In this document: in pieces, positions 1 to 10,231 of the stretch
Position numbering within the stretch: the stretch's first letter is position 1
Layout: each line of letters starts with the position of its first letter
DNA from: Minisyncoccota bacterium
GTDB lineage: Bacteria; Patescibacteriota; Minisyncoccia; Phycocordibacterales; XYD1-FULL-46-19
DNA length: 64,000 nucleotides
Direction of reading: 5' to 3'
Assembly: GCA_041649495.1 (NCBI GenBank)
Contig: JBAZMZ010000001.1
Location: 623 to 64,622, forward strand
Notes under the pieces: generated by a model
Databases searched by the model: none
What the model was told of the DNA's origin: nothing
Seen by the model: the letters and a program-made list of their open reading frames with translations, nothing else
Made by a program: the position numbers and the translations under genes

Positions 1-29
1 AAACCGAGACTAGTTTGTTTTTGCATTTT

Positions 30-72
30 GTCCGCGCGGACTCCTCCCCAGACCTCTCCTCCGCGCGTGACA
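30..72. other. GC-rich imperfect hairpin upstream of murD (gtccgcgcgga...tccgcgcgtgac). It may be a terminator or leader structure.
   Basis: Inverted repeat visible in the sequence; AT-rich surroundings. Confidence 0.25.
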
Positions 73-122
73 CATTACCGATTTTGAAAATAGGTTCGGA
101 TTTGGTAGAATAAAGGCACCCA

Positions 123-1640
123 ATGAAAACTTCTTTAAATTATAAAAACTTCTTTAAGGGTAAGAAGATTACTGTCCATGGTTTGGGACTATTGGGGCGG
201 GGGATTGGTGATGTGATTTTTTTGGCGCAACAGGGGGCGGATTTGACGGTGACGGATTTAAAGACAGAAGATCAACTTGCTCTCTCGTTAGCTCAAATTA
301 AAAAAGCTTTAAAACCAGAAGTTTTTAAAAAAATAAAATTCGTGCTCGGTGAACATAAATTAGAAAACTTCAGGAATAAAGATTTTATTCTTAAGGCAGC
401 CGGGGTGCCGATTGATTCAGAATTTATTGAGGAAGCAAAGAAAAATAAAATTCCGATTAAAATGGACGCTTCGTGGCTTGCAGAGTTGGTCGAGGGGGCT
501 TGCCCTGAGCGAAGTCGAAGGGTGAAAATTATTGGCGTCACGGGTACGCGGGGCAAATCAACCGTCACTCACTTGATTTATGAAATTTTAAAGGCTTGGC
601 GACCCGAGGGGAATCCTTTGGGGTCAGTTCAAGGGTTCCCCTCGGGTCGCGTGTTTCTCGGTGGCAACGTGAGAGGTTTAGCCACCTTGCCCTTGCTTAA
701 AAAAGTAAAAAAAGGGGATATCGTGGTCATGGAATTAGATTCTTGGCAATTGCAAGGTTTCGCTGACTCAAAAATCAGCCCAAATATTTCGGTCTTTACG
801 AATTTAATGGTGGATCATCAAAATTATTATGGTTCGACTTCGCTCACCACAAGTTCCAATCCGATGAATCTTTATTTTGCCGATAAAGCAAATATCTATC
901 GCTGGCAAAAAAAGGGAGATTATTTGGTGGCGGGGGGTGAGGTGGCGAAAAGAATTAAATTAGATCTTAAAAAATCAAGGCACGCCCTTGATTGTTTGGG
1001 GCAATTAATTGTGCCGGACGCTGAAATTATCCCAAAAAGTTGGAAGATAAAATTATTGGGTGAACATAATTTATTAAATATTGCTTACGCCGTGACGGTG
1101 GCTAGAATTTTGGATGTGCCAGAAAAAATAATTAAACAAGTCGTTGAGAATTATGCTGGCGTGCCCGGACGCCTGGAATTTTTGCGTGAAGTTAAGGGGG
1201 TAAAATATTATAACGATACCACGGCCACCACGCCAGACGGAGTAATCGCGGCGCTTAAGGCCTTGAACCTGCCCCGACGACGGTCATCGGGAAATTTCCC
1301 GATGACCGTCGTCGGGGCAGGAGCTAAAATTATTCTAATTGGCGGAGGGCGAGATAAAGAGTTAGATTATAAAAAGTACGCGCCGGTGGTCAAAAAATCA
1401 GTTAAAGCCCTCGCCCTATTTCAAGGTACCGCGACTGATAAAATAATTAAAATATTAAATAAAACTAAATTTCCAGTTCAAGTTTTTGATAACATGCCAT
1501 CGGCGTTTACTTGGGCTAATTCGTTTGCTCAAAAAGGGGACATCGTCCTTCTTTCTCCCGGTGCGGCCAGTTTTGGCGTCTTTAAAAATGAGTTTGACCG
1601 CGGGGATCAATTTGTAAATTTGGTTAAAAAAATAAAATAA
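123..1640 (+). CDS. murD: UDP-N-acetylmuramoylalanine--D-glutamate ligase (MurD), carrying in-frame insertions
   Basis: N-terminal Rossmann motif GLGLLGRGIG and the Mur ligase P-loop GVTGTRGKST. It sits immediately upstream of murC. Confidence 0.85.
   Translation: MKTSLNYKNFFKGKKITVHGLGLLGRGIGDVIFLAQQGADLTVTDLKTEDQLALSLAQIKKALKPEVFKKIKFVLGEHKLENFRNKDFILKAAGVPIDSEFIEEAKKNKIPIKMDASWLAELVEGACPERSRRVKIIGVTGTRGKSTVTHLIYEILKAWRPEGNPLGSVQGFPSGRVFLGGNVRGLATLPLLKKVKKGDIVVMELDSWQLQGFADSKISPNISVFTNLMVDHQNYYGSTSLTTSSNPMNLYFADKANIYRWQKKGDYLVAGGEVAKRIKLDLKKSRHALDCLGQLIVPDAEIIPKSWKIKLLGEHNLLNIAYAVTVARILDVPEKIIKQVVENYAGVPGRLEFLREVKGVKYYNDTTATTPDGVIAALKALNLPRRRSSGNFPMTVVGAGAKIILIGGGRDKELDYKKYAPVVKKSVKALALFQGTATDKIIKILNKTKFPVQVFDNMPSAFTWANSFAQKGDIVLLSPGAASFGVFKNEFDRGDQFVNLVKKIK
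600..649. repeat. palindromic element family A, copy in murD (in frame, encodes EGNPLGSVQGFPSG)
   Basis: cgacccgaggggaa...ttcccctcgggtcg: 14-bp perfect inverted arms around the cctttggggtcagttcaagg core. Confidence 0.85.
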
Positions 1641-3004
1641 TGGATCTAAAAGAAATTAACCCCTCGACCTTGCTCGGGGCAAGAAAAGTTTATTTTATTG
1701 GCATTGGGGGCATTGGCATGTCAGCGGTGGCAAGGATGTTTACCTTGCGAAGCCTGGGCGGAGGGGGGCTGGTTCAAATATCTGGCTCAGATCGCTCAAA
1801 ATCGCTCGTGACTGAAGAATTAGAAAAATTGGGAATCAAAGTTTTTTACGAACAAAAAGCGGAGAATATTGCTAATGATATTGATTTGGTGATTTATACA
1901 ATTGCGATTACTGAAGATAATCCTGAATTAAGAAAGGCGAGGGAATTGGGGATAAGGTGCTTAACTTATCCCGAAATGCTCGGCGTGATTTCGGACGGCA
2001 AATACACCGTTGCGGTGGCGGGGACGCACGGCAAAACGACCACGACGGCGATGATTGCCGAGATGATGATTGAGGCGGGTTTAGACCCGACGGTGGTGGT
2101 AGGGTCGTTATTGGGGTCGGGCACGAATTTTATCGCTGGTCAGAGCCAATATCTAGTGGTTGAGGCCTGTGAGTATCGACGCTCGTTTTTGAATCTTCAT
2201 CCGACCTTGGCGGTAATAACGAATATCGATAATGATCACTTAGATTACTATAAAGACTTGGCTGATATCCAGTCGGCTTTTGCGGAATTTGCCGGTCGAT
2301 TGCCAAGCGATGGTTATTTGGTTTGTGACGTCAATGATCCACTTTTGGCATCAGCGATAGAATCAGCGAAAAAGAAAGGCGTGCAAATTATTGATTATTC
2401 ACAACTTGGAGGTTTAACCTCCAAGTTGGATTTGCAAGTGCCCGGGAAGCATAATCTCGAAAATGCTAAGGGTGCGCTGGCGGTGGGGGAGGTGTTGGGG
2501 ATTAGCCCCTCGACGATGCTCGGGGCGTTGAACAAGTTCAACGGCACCTGGCGACGGTTTGAGTTTAAGGGTAAGACAAAAGGTGGCGCCTGGGTTTATG
2601 ACGATTACGCTCATCATCCGACCGAAGTTTCGGCGACGATTCAGGCGGGGCGCGAATTTATGAAGAAGAAAGGGTTAGGGGGGAAATTAATTATTGCTTT
2701 TCAACCACATTTATATAGTCGCACTAAATTACTGAAAGAAGATTTTGCACGCGTCTTGGCGCAAGCCGACGAAATTATTTTGGCGCCAATTTACGCAGCG
2801 CGTGAGGCGATTGACCCAGAAATTAATTCGGAAATTTTGGGGAATCTCATTAAGGGCAAAAATGATAAGATTAAAGTCGTAAATAATCTTGAGGAAGTCA
2901 AAAATTATTTGATTGAAAACAACAAAAATGGCGATTTGATTATTACTATGGGGGCGGGGGATATTAGCACAATTGGCGCCCAGTTGGTTGAAGCCAAAGC
3001 CTAA
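1640..3004 (+). CDS. murC: UDP-N-acetylmuramate--L-alanine ligase (MurC)
   Basis: GIGGIGMSAVARM and the GTHGKTTTTAMIA P-loop. Its start overlaps the murD stop (ATAATGG). Confidence 0.9.
   Translation: MDLKEINPSTLLGARKVYFIGIGGIGMSAVARMFTLRSLGGGGLVQISGSDRSKSLVTEELEKLGIKVFYEQKAENIANDIDLVIYTIAITEDNPELRKARELGIRCLTYPEMLGVISDGKYTVAVAGTHGKTTTTAMIAEMMIEAGLDPTVVVGSLLGSGTNFIAGQSQYLVVEACEYRRSFLNLHPTLAVITNIDNDHLDYYKDLADIQSAFAEFAGRLPSDGYLVCDVNDPLLASAIESAKKKGVQIIDYSQLGGLTSKLDLQVPGKHNLENAKGALAVGEVLGISPSTMLGALNKFNGTWRRFEFKGKTKGGAWVYDDYAHHPTEVSATIQAGREFMKKKGLGGKLIIAFQPHLYSRTKLLKEDFARVLAQADEIILAPIYAAREAIDPEINSEILGNLIKGKNDKIKVVNNLEEVKNYLIENNKNGDLIITMGAGDISTIGAQLVEAKA
1658..1683. repeat. repeat family B (aacccctcgacNNNgctcggggcaag; encodes NPSTxLGA), copy at the murC N-terminus
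   Basis: Shared 26-nt motif, in frame. Confidence 0.7.
2504..2527. repeat. repeat family B, copy inside murC (SPSTMLGA)
   Basis: agcccctcgacgatgctcggggcg. Confidence 0.65.
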
Positions 3005-3025
3005 ATTTGCTATAATCAAACCCAT

Positions 3026-3253
3026 ATGAATATGCGACATATTGTTTGGCGTAATCGGGCGAGCGCTATTTTAGGGCTAGTGGTGATGATCGTTCCCTTC
3101 ACCGGTTTTCCGGAGGGAATGAAAGAGTCGTTAATTATTTTAGCTGGCTTTCTGATTGTTATTTTTGGTTTTTCCCGAAGCTATAATAGTTACGCTTACT
3201 CAGGCGAAGAAAAGAAGCCCGTCGCGGTTGATACTCCAACCGAGCCCCATTAA
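3026..3253 (+). CDS. small two-TM membrane protein, hypothetical
   Basis: 75-aa ORF with two hydrophobic helices; no recognisable domain. Confidence 0.35.
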   Translation: MNMRHIVWRNRASAILGLVVMIVPFTGFPEGMKESLIILAGFLIVIFGFSRSYNSYAYSGEEKKPVAVDTPTEPH

Positions 3254-3255
3254 CA

Positions 3256-4458
3256 ATGTCCCAACCAATTTCCAGACGAAACGGTTTAGCTTTATCAGCC
3301 GTTGTTTTAACGGTTTTTGTGGCGGGCCTGATTTCTTTCGCTACATTTTCTTCTCTGGGGGCGATTGCTTCGCCGGCTAGCTTCTTGATGGAAAAAAGTG
3401 AGAGAGCTTCGAGCTCTGATCCCGCTCAATTATCTCTTCCGTCAACTATTGTTTCGCATCAAGCTCCACCCAAACCTCTGCATGCGGTTTATATGTCGAG
3501 CTGGGTGGCTGGCACACCAGAGGTGAGGAAAAAATTATTAGAACGACTCGAAGGAACAAATATCAACACCATCGTGATTGATGTTAAAGATTCTTCGGGA
3601 AAAATTGTGGTGAAGTTAAACGCCCCCGCGCTGGCCAAATACGAATCGTTCGATAGCCATGTCTCGGACATTGTGGCTTTTGTCGCCGAGCTCCATCAAA
3701 AAGGTTTTTATGTGATCGGTCACATCTCCGTTTTCCAAGATAATTACCTAACGCGTCGACGATCTGATCTGGCTATTCAGCGTTTGGATACCGGTCAGAT
3801 TTGGGAAGACAAAAAGGGTTTGGCCTGGCTTGATCCGAGTTCGCGCGAAGTTTGGGACTACGCGGTGGCCGTGGCCAAGGAGGCCTACGTGGCCGGTTTT
3901 GACGAATTGAATTTTGATTATGTGCGGTTTCCGTCTGACGGCGAGATTTCTCAAATGCGTTTTCCTTATTATGACGCGCAAGAAAAAACTAAATCAGAGG
4001 TGATCGAAGAATTTTTTAGTTATCTCCACGATCAAATGCAGAGTATTGGGGCGCTCACTTCGGCCAATTTGTTTGGGCTGACGACGACTAACATTGATGA
4101 TTTAGGGATCGGTCAAATTTTAGAAAAGGCGACCCCATATTTTGATTTTATTTGCCCGATGGTTTATCCCTCGCATTATCCAGCCGGTTGGCGCGGTTAC
4201 CATAATCCAGCCAAAGCGCCCTACCAAGTGATTAAAATCTCGCTCGATTCGGCAGTCAAAAGGCTTAACGCTCAAGGTCTCCCGGCCGAAAAACTTCGCC
4301 CCTGGCTTCAAGATTTCAATTTGGGCGCGATTTATACGGCCAGTCTGATTAAGGCCGAAATCAAAGCGGTTAACGATGCCGGCCTCGACTCTTGGCTGAT
4401 GTGGGACCCTAAGAATAAATACACCATTAGTGTCTATCGCCAGACCGACGCGAATTAG
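3256..4458 (+). CDS. membrane-anchored GHL10/DUF187-like putative glycoside hydrolase (TIM barrel)
   Basis: N-terminal TM segment, then HAVYMSSW...NTIVIDVKD...LNFDYVRFP, typical of the COG1306/GHL10 family. Confidence 0.55.
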   Translation: MSQPISRRNGLALSAVVLTVFVAGLISFATFSSLGAIASPASFLMEKSERASSSDPAQLSLPSTIVSHQAPPKPLHAVYMSSWVAGTPEVRKKLLERLEGTNINTIVIDVKDSSGKIVVKLNAPALAKYESFDSHVSDIVAFVAELHQKGFYVIGHISVFQDNYLTRRRSDLAIQRLDTGQIWEDKKGLAWLDPSSREVWDYAVAVAKEAYVAGFDELNFDYVRFPSDGEISQMRFPYYDAQEKTKSEVIEEFFSYLHDQMQSIGALTSANLFGLTTTNIDDLGIGQILEKATPYFDFICPMVYPSHYPAGWRGYHNPAKAPYQVIKISLDSAVKRLNAQGLPAEKLRPWLQDFNLGAIYTASLIKAEIKAVNDAGLDSWLMWDPKNKYTISVYRQTDAN

Positions 4459-4476
4459 GTATAATAGTAAATAGCT

Positions 4477-6180
4477 ATGGCCGAGACGATAATTAATTAT
4501 TTTGCTCAGACTGATTTTCGCGGGAAGAGAATTCCGTTTGGGATTAAGGGTGATGATCGAGCGCGCCATGTTTATGTGATTGGTAAGACGGGCATGGGCA
4601 AGTCTTGTTTGTTGGAGAATATGGCGGTGCAGGATATCCAAAATGGTGAGGGGATGGCCTTCATCGATCCACACGGCAAATCGGCTGAATTATTACTTGA
4701 TTTTGTGCCACCCGAACGACTCAAAGATGTTATATATTTCGCACCCTTTGATCTTGAGCACCCAATTTCTTTTAATGTGATGGAAGATGTGGGTCCGGAC
4801 CAGCGTCACTTGGTGGCGAATGGTTTAATGTCCTCGTTTAAGAAAATTTGGCCAGATGTTTGGTCGAGCCGAATGGAGTACATTTTAAATAATTGTTTAC
4901 TGGCACTTTTAGAATATCCTGACTCGACTCTTTTGGGGGTGAATCGTTTGTTGTCAGACAAAGACTATCGCAAACAAGTGGTTGATAATATTACCGACCC
5001 GTCGGTGCGATCGTTTTGGCTTGATGAATTTGCCAAGTATAACGAACGCTATATGCAGGAGGCGGGCGACGCGATTAAGAACAAGATCGGGCAATTTACG
5101 GCTAACCCCTTGATTCGTAATATTATCGGTCAAACCAAGTCCTCATTTGATTTGCGCGAGGCGATGGACAGCAAAAAGATTTTGATTGTTAACCTGTCAA
5201 AAGGGCAATTGGGTGAGCAAAACGCCAATCTCTTGGGCGGTATTTTAATTACCAAGATTTATTTGGCGGCGATGTCGCGAGCGGGCGTGGGGGCGGGGAT
5301 TTCGAAATTGCCCTACTTTTATGTTTTTATCGATGAGTTTCAATCTTTTGTCAACGATTCGTTTGCTGATATTTTGTCCGAGGCGCGCAAATATAAATTA
5401 AGTTTGACGATTGCTCATCAATATATTGAACAGATGCCAGAGGAGGTGCGGAACGCGGTTTTTGGCAACATTGGCACGACCATTGCTTTTCGGGTCGGCC
5501 CATTTGATGCCGAAGTGTTGGAGAAAATCTTTTTACCGACCTTTACGCAAGAAGACCTCGTCAATTTGGGTTTTGCTCAAATTTATTTAACGCTGATGAT
5601 TAACGGGGTTGGCTCGCCACCTTTTTCGGCCGTGACCTTGCCCCCAATTGTGTCGACGACCGCGTCGATTAAAGATCAAATCATCAAGTCTTCGCAGAAA
5701 AATTATGCTAGTCCGCGGGAATTGGTGGAGACAAAAATTACAACTTGGTTTGAACCGGTGGTTAAATTTACCGCTAAATCAGAGCCGAAAAAATCAGAAA
5801 ACTCAAAAACACCTCAAACTTTTCAATCGAGTTTGCCTCTCGCAAAGACGACTAAGGCGGTTTCAAAACCCGTCGCGACTCCGGTTACGAAATCAGCGCC
5901 CAAACCATTAGCTAAGCCGGCGCCTCCCAAAGCTTTTTCGTTGAGCATCTTGAAAAATAAAGCGCAAAGTTCTAACCCCTCGACTCCGCTCGGGGCAAGT
6001 AAAAATAAAGACGAGCTCAAAGCCTTTTTGGGCGAAATTATGGCCAACAAAAAACCCAAAACTGTTTCAGCTTCCTCAACTTCTAATCCGTCAGTCAGAT
6101 CAAATTCTCAACCTGACCCCAAAAAAGAAATTCCCCAAGATGTCCTCGAAGATCTATTAGCCGTTAAGCCGGGAGAGTAA
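4477..6180 (+). CDS. HerA/DUF87-like (T4SS coupling-protein-like) P-loop NTPase with a Pro/Lys/Ser-rich low-complexity C-terminal tail
   Basis: Walker A HVYVIGKTGMGKS, FIDPHGK and Walker B FYVFIDEFQ. The last ~170 aa are low complexity. Confidence 0.6.
   Translation: MAETIINYFAQTDFRGKRIPFGIKGDDRARHVYVIGKTGMGKSCLLENMAVQDIQNGEGMAFIDPHGKSAELLLDFVPPERLKDVIYFAPFDLEHPISFNVMEDVGPDQRHLVANGLMSSFKKIWPDVWSSRMEYILNNCLLALLEYPDSTLLGVNRLLSDKDYRKQVVDNITDPSVRSFWLDEFAKYNERYMQEAGDAIKNKIGQFTANPLIRNIIGQTKSSFDLREAMDSKKILIVNLSKGQLGEQNANLLGGILITKIYLAAMSRAGVGAGISKLPYFYVFIDEFQSFVNDSFADILSEARKYKLSLTIAHQYIEQMPEEVRNAVFGNIGTTIAFRVGPFDAEVLEKIFLPTFTQEDLVNLGFAQIYLTLMINGVGSPPFSAVTLPPIVSTTASIKDQIIKSSQKNYASPRELVETKITTWFEPVVKFTAKSEPKKSENSKTPQTFQSSLPLAKTTKAVSKPVATPVTKSAPKPLAKPAPPKAFSLSILKNKAQSSNPSTPLGASKNKDELKAFLGEIMANKKPKTVSASSTSNPSVRSNSQPDPKKEIPQDVLEDLLAVKPGE
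5974..5999. repeat. repeat family B, copy in the HerA-like ATPase tail (NPSTPLGA)
   Basis: aacccctcgactccgctcggggcaag. Confidence 0.7.
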
Positions 6181-6960
6181 TTTAGCTAACTCTAGGCGGA
6201 CAAAGCGACGAATTAAAGCGTAAGAAAAACCCGGATAAAACTCTCGGTATTTTTTGACTAGGTTTAAATTTTCCATCATTAATCTAAGTCGATCGGTGTT
6301 TGAAATATTCGAACCGTGCTGACGATAATTGAGATCGTAAGAGGGAAGATTATGGAGTTTGCCTTTTTGACCCAATTTGAGCCATAAATCATAGTCCTCA
6401 ATGCCGTTTAGGTTCGGATGATAACCATTTACAGACCGGGCAATATCTCGTCGATAAAGGATGCTCGAGTGGGCGAAAGGATTTTTTGCTAAAATTTGTA
6501 CCCTAATTTGCCCGTCTTGTTCTGGGTTGAGATAGCGTTTTCGTTCTTGATTATTCTGGTCGATAACAATTACTCCTGTACCAACGGCGACATAATTGGG
6601 GTGATCGTCGAGAAAATCAATTTGTTTTTTTAGTTTATCTGGGCTGTTCCAAATATCATCACTATCCAAAATAGCGACATATTTGCCTCGAGACTCTTGA
6701 AGGGCACGATTTCGCGAGGCACAAATGCCTAAATTTCTTTCATTTTTGAAATAACGAATTCTTGCATCAGTAAGATATTTTTTAACAATTTCTTCTGTTT
6801 GGTCGGTTGAGCCATCGTCGACAATAATTATTTCCCAATGGGTAAAGCTTTGGGCTAAGACGCTTTCAATTGTTTGAGCAATAAAATTGGCTCGATTATA
6901 AGTAATAATATTAACACTGACTTTTATTTGGGGCTCTAATTTCGTGGTAATTTGGTCCAT
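6157..6960 (-). CDS. family 2 glycosyltransferase
   Basis: VSVNIITYNRANF...IIIVDDGSTD...DSDD motifs. Confidence 0.8.
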   Translation of the reverse strand: MDQITTKLEPQIKVSVNIITYNRANFIAQTIESVLAQSFTHWEIIIVDDGSTDQTEEIVKKYLTDARIRYFKNERNLGICASRNRALQESRGKYVAILDSDDIWNSPDKLKKQIDFLDDHPNYVAVGTGVIVIDQNNQERKRYLNPEQDGQIRVQILAKNPFAHSSILYRRDIARSVNGYHPNLNGIEDYDLWLKLGQKGKLHNLPSYDLNYRQHGSNISNTDRLRLMMENLNLVKKYREFYPGFSYALIRRFVRLELAKLLSRLNG

Positions 6961-7826
6961 GTTGGGGGGATAATATCATCTATTTTGATACTACCATTAT
7001 TAAACCAGATGTCTGGCGCAATAACAATCTTGTTGGGATTTTCGTTGAGCCAAGCGCCCCACCAAGAGAAACTTGAATTAGCGATAATATTATGTTTACA
7101 CTTACTCATCAAAACTAGTTCCTGGTAATCAGTCAGTTCTTTCTCTTGTTTATTTTCCGAAACATAAGTTACTAGATGGCTATTAAATTTCATATTAGCC
7201 TTAACCCAATCAACATCATCACTAAATACAAAGAAAGCTGGATTCTCAATCTTTGTTTCAATTAACTCAATGGCTTTTTTGTAATAATTTGCCGAACAGA
7301 TTCCTAACCCTTTTAAATTAGTTGTCAAAAGGTAGTCGGTCCTTCGGACGGCAAGCGAGACAGAGTTGGTAGTTGTTATCTGATTCAATAGTTCAGGATT
7401 TGTTTGGTCAAGAGGGGTCTTGAGAGTAAAATCTTTTTGGATGACTTCTTTGATATCAGAAAAGTACTTGAAACTTTGCCAATAGCCGTCTAAATAGATA
7501 TCTTTACCCTGGGCCATCTCTTTTTTTATTCTGCTAATTACCCGAGGTTCCCAGCCGGTGTGGTGAACTCGTAGGATTTTAAATTTGAAACCGCGCCAGG
7601 CTTTGGATGCCAAACCAAGAGAGTATTTATTTTTTTTAATTTCTTGGTGGTTAGCAAAGTTCTCTTCGATAGCAAAAACTTTTAATCCGTAAGCGCGAAA
7701 ATGCTCTCGATCGTAGCCAGTTCGATCTAATTTTAGCCCCGTCTTTTGGGTGACAGCTAATTCTCGTCCCAAAGCATATTGAAACATTTGATTGCCGAGC
7801 CCGCCTTTTAAATTGACGGTAATCAT
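6936..7826 (-). CDS. GT11 alpha-1,2-fucosyltransferase-like glycosyltransferase
   Basis: N-terminal GGLGNQMFQYA signature of the GT11 fucosyltransferases. Confidence 0.75.
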   Translation of the reverse strand: MITVNLKGGLGNQMFQYALGRELAVTQKTGLKLDRTGYDREHFRAYGLKVFAIEENFANHQEIKKNKYSLGLASKAWRGFKFKILRVHHTGWEPRVISRIKKEMAQGKDIYLDGYWQSFKYFSDIKEVIQKDFTLKTPLDQTNPELLNQITTTNSVSLAVRRTDYLLTTNLKGLGICSANYYKKAIELIETKIENPAFFVFSDDVDWVKANMKFNSHLVTYVSENKQEKELTDYQELVLMSKCKHNIIANSSFSWWGAWLNENPNKIVIAPDIWFNNGSIKIDDIIPPTWTKLPRN

Positions 7827-8584
7827 TTTTCCGTCGATATTTTAAAGCTGATAATAATCTCCTCATTTTTATTAAGTACTTTTTTCCAATTTGGTTTTAA
7901 ATCTTGGTGAAAAAAATAATCTCCATTACCCATTATCCTCTGTATTTTAAAGCCGGTCTGCTTGGTAATTAATTCAATTTGCCAATAGGGCAGGGGATTA
8001 ATATGATATTCAAAACAGTCGGGGGTGAACCAGGGAAAATATCCTGTTAACCAAAATTTTAAACGACTTCTCGTTGATAAAATATTTGGCGTACTAATAA
8101 TAAAAAGCCCGTCTGGTTTGAGCATTCTTCTTGCTTGTCGGAAAAATTCCCAGGGATTTTCTAGGTGCTCGATGATTTCTTGGCCGACAATTATATCGAA
8201 GGATTGCTCGAGAAAAGGGTAAGGAAAATGATTCAAATCCCAGATTGAATTTTTTTTGTCAACTTTGGTTGACGCAATATCTACATTAGAGACGTTATAA
8301 CCCAAAAGTTCAAAAATCGTCGAGACCTGGCCAGTTCCGCCCCCTAGATTAAGAAGTTTCTTTTTTTGGTTGTTTATGCTCAACTCTCTCGTGATTGTCT
8401 CTATGACACCGGGTGAGGCATGACAATAAAGGGAATCAACTAAATATCTGCGCCAACCATAGAAGAAACTTCTCTCTTCGTGTCGAAATTGTTTTTTTAA
8501 ATTGACAACTAGATCATCGGTCGGTGCTTCAATGTTTAAAAGGCCTGTTCTCTTAAGCCAATTTTTAATAAGATTATTTTTCAT
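7823..8584 (-). CDS. class I SAM-dependent methyltransferase
   Basis: LLNLGGGTGQ glycine-rich SAM motif followed by an acidic residue and a DIIV motif. Confidence 0.6.
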   Translation of the reverse strand: MKNNLIKNWLKRTGLLNIEAPTDDLVVNLKKQFRHEERSFFYGWRRYLVDSLYCHASPGVIETITRELSINNQKKKLLNLGGGTGQVSTIFELLGYNVSNVDIASTKVDKKNSIWDLNHFPYPFLEQSFDIIVGQEIIEHLENPWEFFRQARRMLKPDGLFIISTPNILSTRSRLKFWLTGYFPWFTPDCFEYHINPLPYWQIELITKQTGFKIQRIMGNGDYFFHQDLKPNWKKVLNKNEEIIISFKISTEK

Positions 8585-9317
8585 GTTGTTTTGTTGCTAT
8601 TATAACATAGTCAAGAGTTAGCCAACGTTTATTGGTTAGCCAGTCAAGGAATAGTGAAATAATTTGAATTGGCCCCAAAATAAAAATAGACAGGGTGATT
8701 TTTAGGATGGTGTTTCTAAAAGCTAAGCTTTCAAAGACAAAGGCGGAAAATATCTGTCCTAAAACACCAAAGATTCCAGTTGTTTGAGTCAAGCTGGAGA
8801 TTTCGAGACCGTTTTGAGTTAGTAATTGTTCTAACCCATATCGAGTAAAACGGTAAAAATCATAAGGAATCTCATGTTCGTTCCAAACAAAGGGTGTCGT
8901 GATAAAAACTTGCCCATCTGTTTTTAGGGTCCGAGCCATTTCGTTTAGTAATTTTGCTGGTTCGGGGGTGTGTTCTAGAACTTGAGTACACAGAATTACT
9001 TCAAATTGATTGTCTGGGAAGGGGATATGCACGCCGTCAAAAAATTTATCAACCGTTTTCTCTTGATCGGTATGTCCACCCCCTTCAATATCTATTCCTT
9101 GGTAAGAAGAAGATAGAAAAAGGTTCTTATACGGCTTATTGCCACAGCCGACATCTAATATTTTAGAATTATGGGGGACTACTCTAGAGAATTTTCTGAT
9201 CTGGCAATAAAGGGCTCTTCGGCTAATAAAATACGGATTTAAAAAAATTGAGTACCAACTGGGTCGAAAAAAGATGGCCTCAATAATCTGCTTCTTGTTT
9301 TTTCTAAGATCGATCAT
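8574..9317 (-). CDS. class I SAM-dependent methyltransferase with a C-terminal TM segment
   Basis: ILDVGCGNKPY motif I and FEVILCTQVLEH motif. Confidence 0.7.
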   Translation of the reverse strand: MIDLRKNKKQIIEAIFFRPSWYSIFLNPYFISRRALYCQIRKFSRVVPHNSKILDVGCGNKPYKNLFLSSSYQGIDIEGGGHTDQEKTVDKFFDGVHIPFPDNQFEVILCTQVLEHTPEPAKLLNEMARTLKTDGQVFITTPFVWNEHEIPYDFYRFTRYGLEQLLTQNGLEISSLTQTTGIFGVLGQIFSAFVFESLAFRNTILKITLSIFILGPIQIISLFLDWLTNKRWLTLDYVIIATKQHEK

Positions 9318-10231
9318 AAGTTTTTGGTTACTATATCTAAGAAGGGGTTATTATATAATAGGTATTTTAATTTCTCCACACGGGTAAACTGACTGAAACC
9401 GTGGTTAAAATTTGGATCAATTTGAGCCACGCAAGTTATTGATTTTCTTATTGCCTCGATATAAGGTCGGTAAAAGGTTTTTCTTTTGGTGGCTGGAATA
9501 AAGTAGCCCTTAGCCTCAACAAATTTATCTTGATTGAGAAGTTTGAAAGCATGAAAATGATAAAAAATTACCTTTGGGGGTATCGAAGTTCGTATATTCC
9601 AGGGAGCTAGGCCAGCTCCAGGGTGTTGGATGACCGATAGGTTGGGGAATCTCTCGGGCCAATCGTTTAAATATAGCTGATCGCCGTAAAGACCATTTTC
9701 TAATCGATCGAAACACCAATCAATTACTTTATTAGCCCACCATTTAACAGCTTCTTGGCCGACCTTGTCATTTTTGAAATAAACAAAACCGACATTAAAA
9801 CGACCAACCTTTTGCGTAAATTCTTGTTGTTTTTTGGGAAAACGGTGCTCAATAATCCCAATTGAATTATTGCCAATTTCGACAAAGATTGGCTCTGGAT
9901 TATCAAAGAAATAGAGATCAGCGTCGAGGTAAGTAATACTTTCAACTTCTTCTTTTTTCAGCATAAAATGGCATAAATTAGCTGTGCAAGTCCACGCATA
10001 TTCGGCTGGGTTGCGAGAGGGTCTGACTCTTAATAGTCGTTCGTCTTCAAACTCAGACATCTTTATCAGCTTTATTTTTGGGAGATCCATCTTGGAAAGC
10101 AAGTCATATGTTTCTTCCTCTAAACAGAGAATCCAGAGAGTAAAATTAGGACAATGCTGCTTAAGTGAAAAATACAAAGCTAGGCCTCGATAAAGATAAT
10201 TCTTGTCAAATAGAGTGCAAAAATTACACAT
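9314..10231 (-). CDS. putative nucleotide-diphospho-sugar transferase (GT8-like, DxD)
   Basis: YLDADLYFF DxD-like motif in a glycan-cluster context. Confidence 0.4.
   Translation of the reverse strand: MCNFCTLFDKNYLYRGLALYFSLKQHCPNFTLWILCLEEETYDLLSKMDLPKIKLIKMSEFEDERLLRVRPSRNPAEYAWTCTANLCHFMLKKEEVESITYLDADLYFFDNPEPIFVEIGNNSIGIIEHRFPKKQQEFTQKVGRFNVGFVYFKNDKVGQEAVKWWANKVIDWCFDRLENGLYGDQLYLNDWPERFPNLSVIQHPGAGLAPWNIRTSIPPKVIFYHFHAFKLLNQDKFVEAKGYFIPATKRKTFYRPYIEAIRKSITCVAQIDPNFNHGFSQFTRVEKLKYLLYNNPFLDIVTKNL

Noticed and set aside
4120-4780. ORF 4120..4674 (-) and ORF 4580..4780 (+) overlapping the GHL10-like and ATPase genes
   Set aside because: Antisense or out of frame relative to motif-supported CDSs, with no domain signal.
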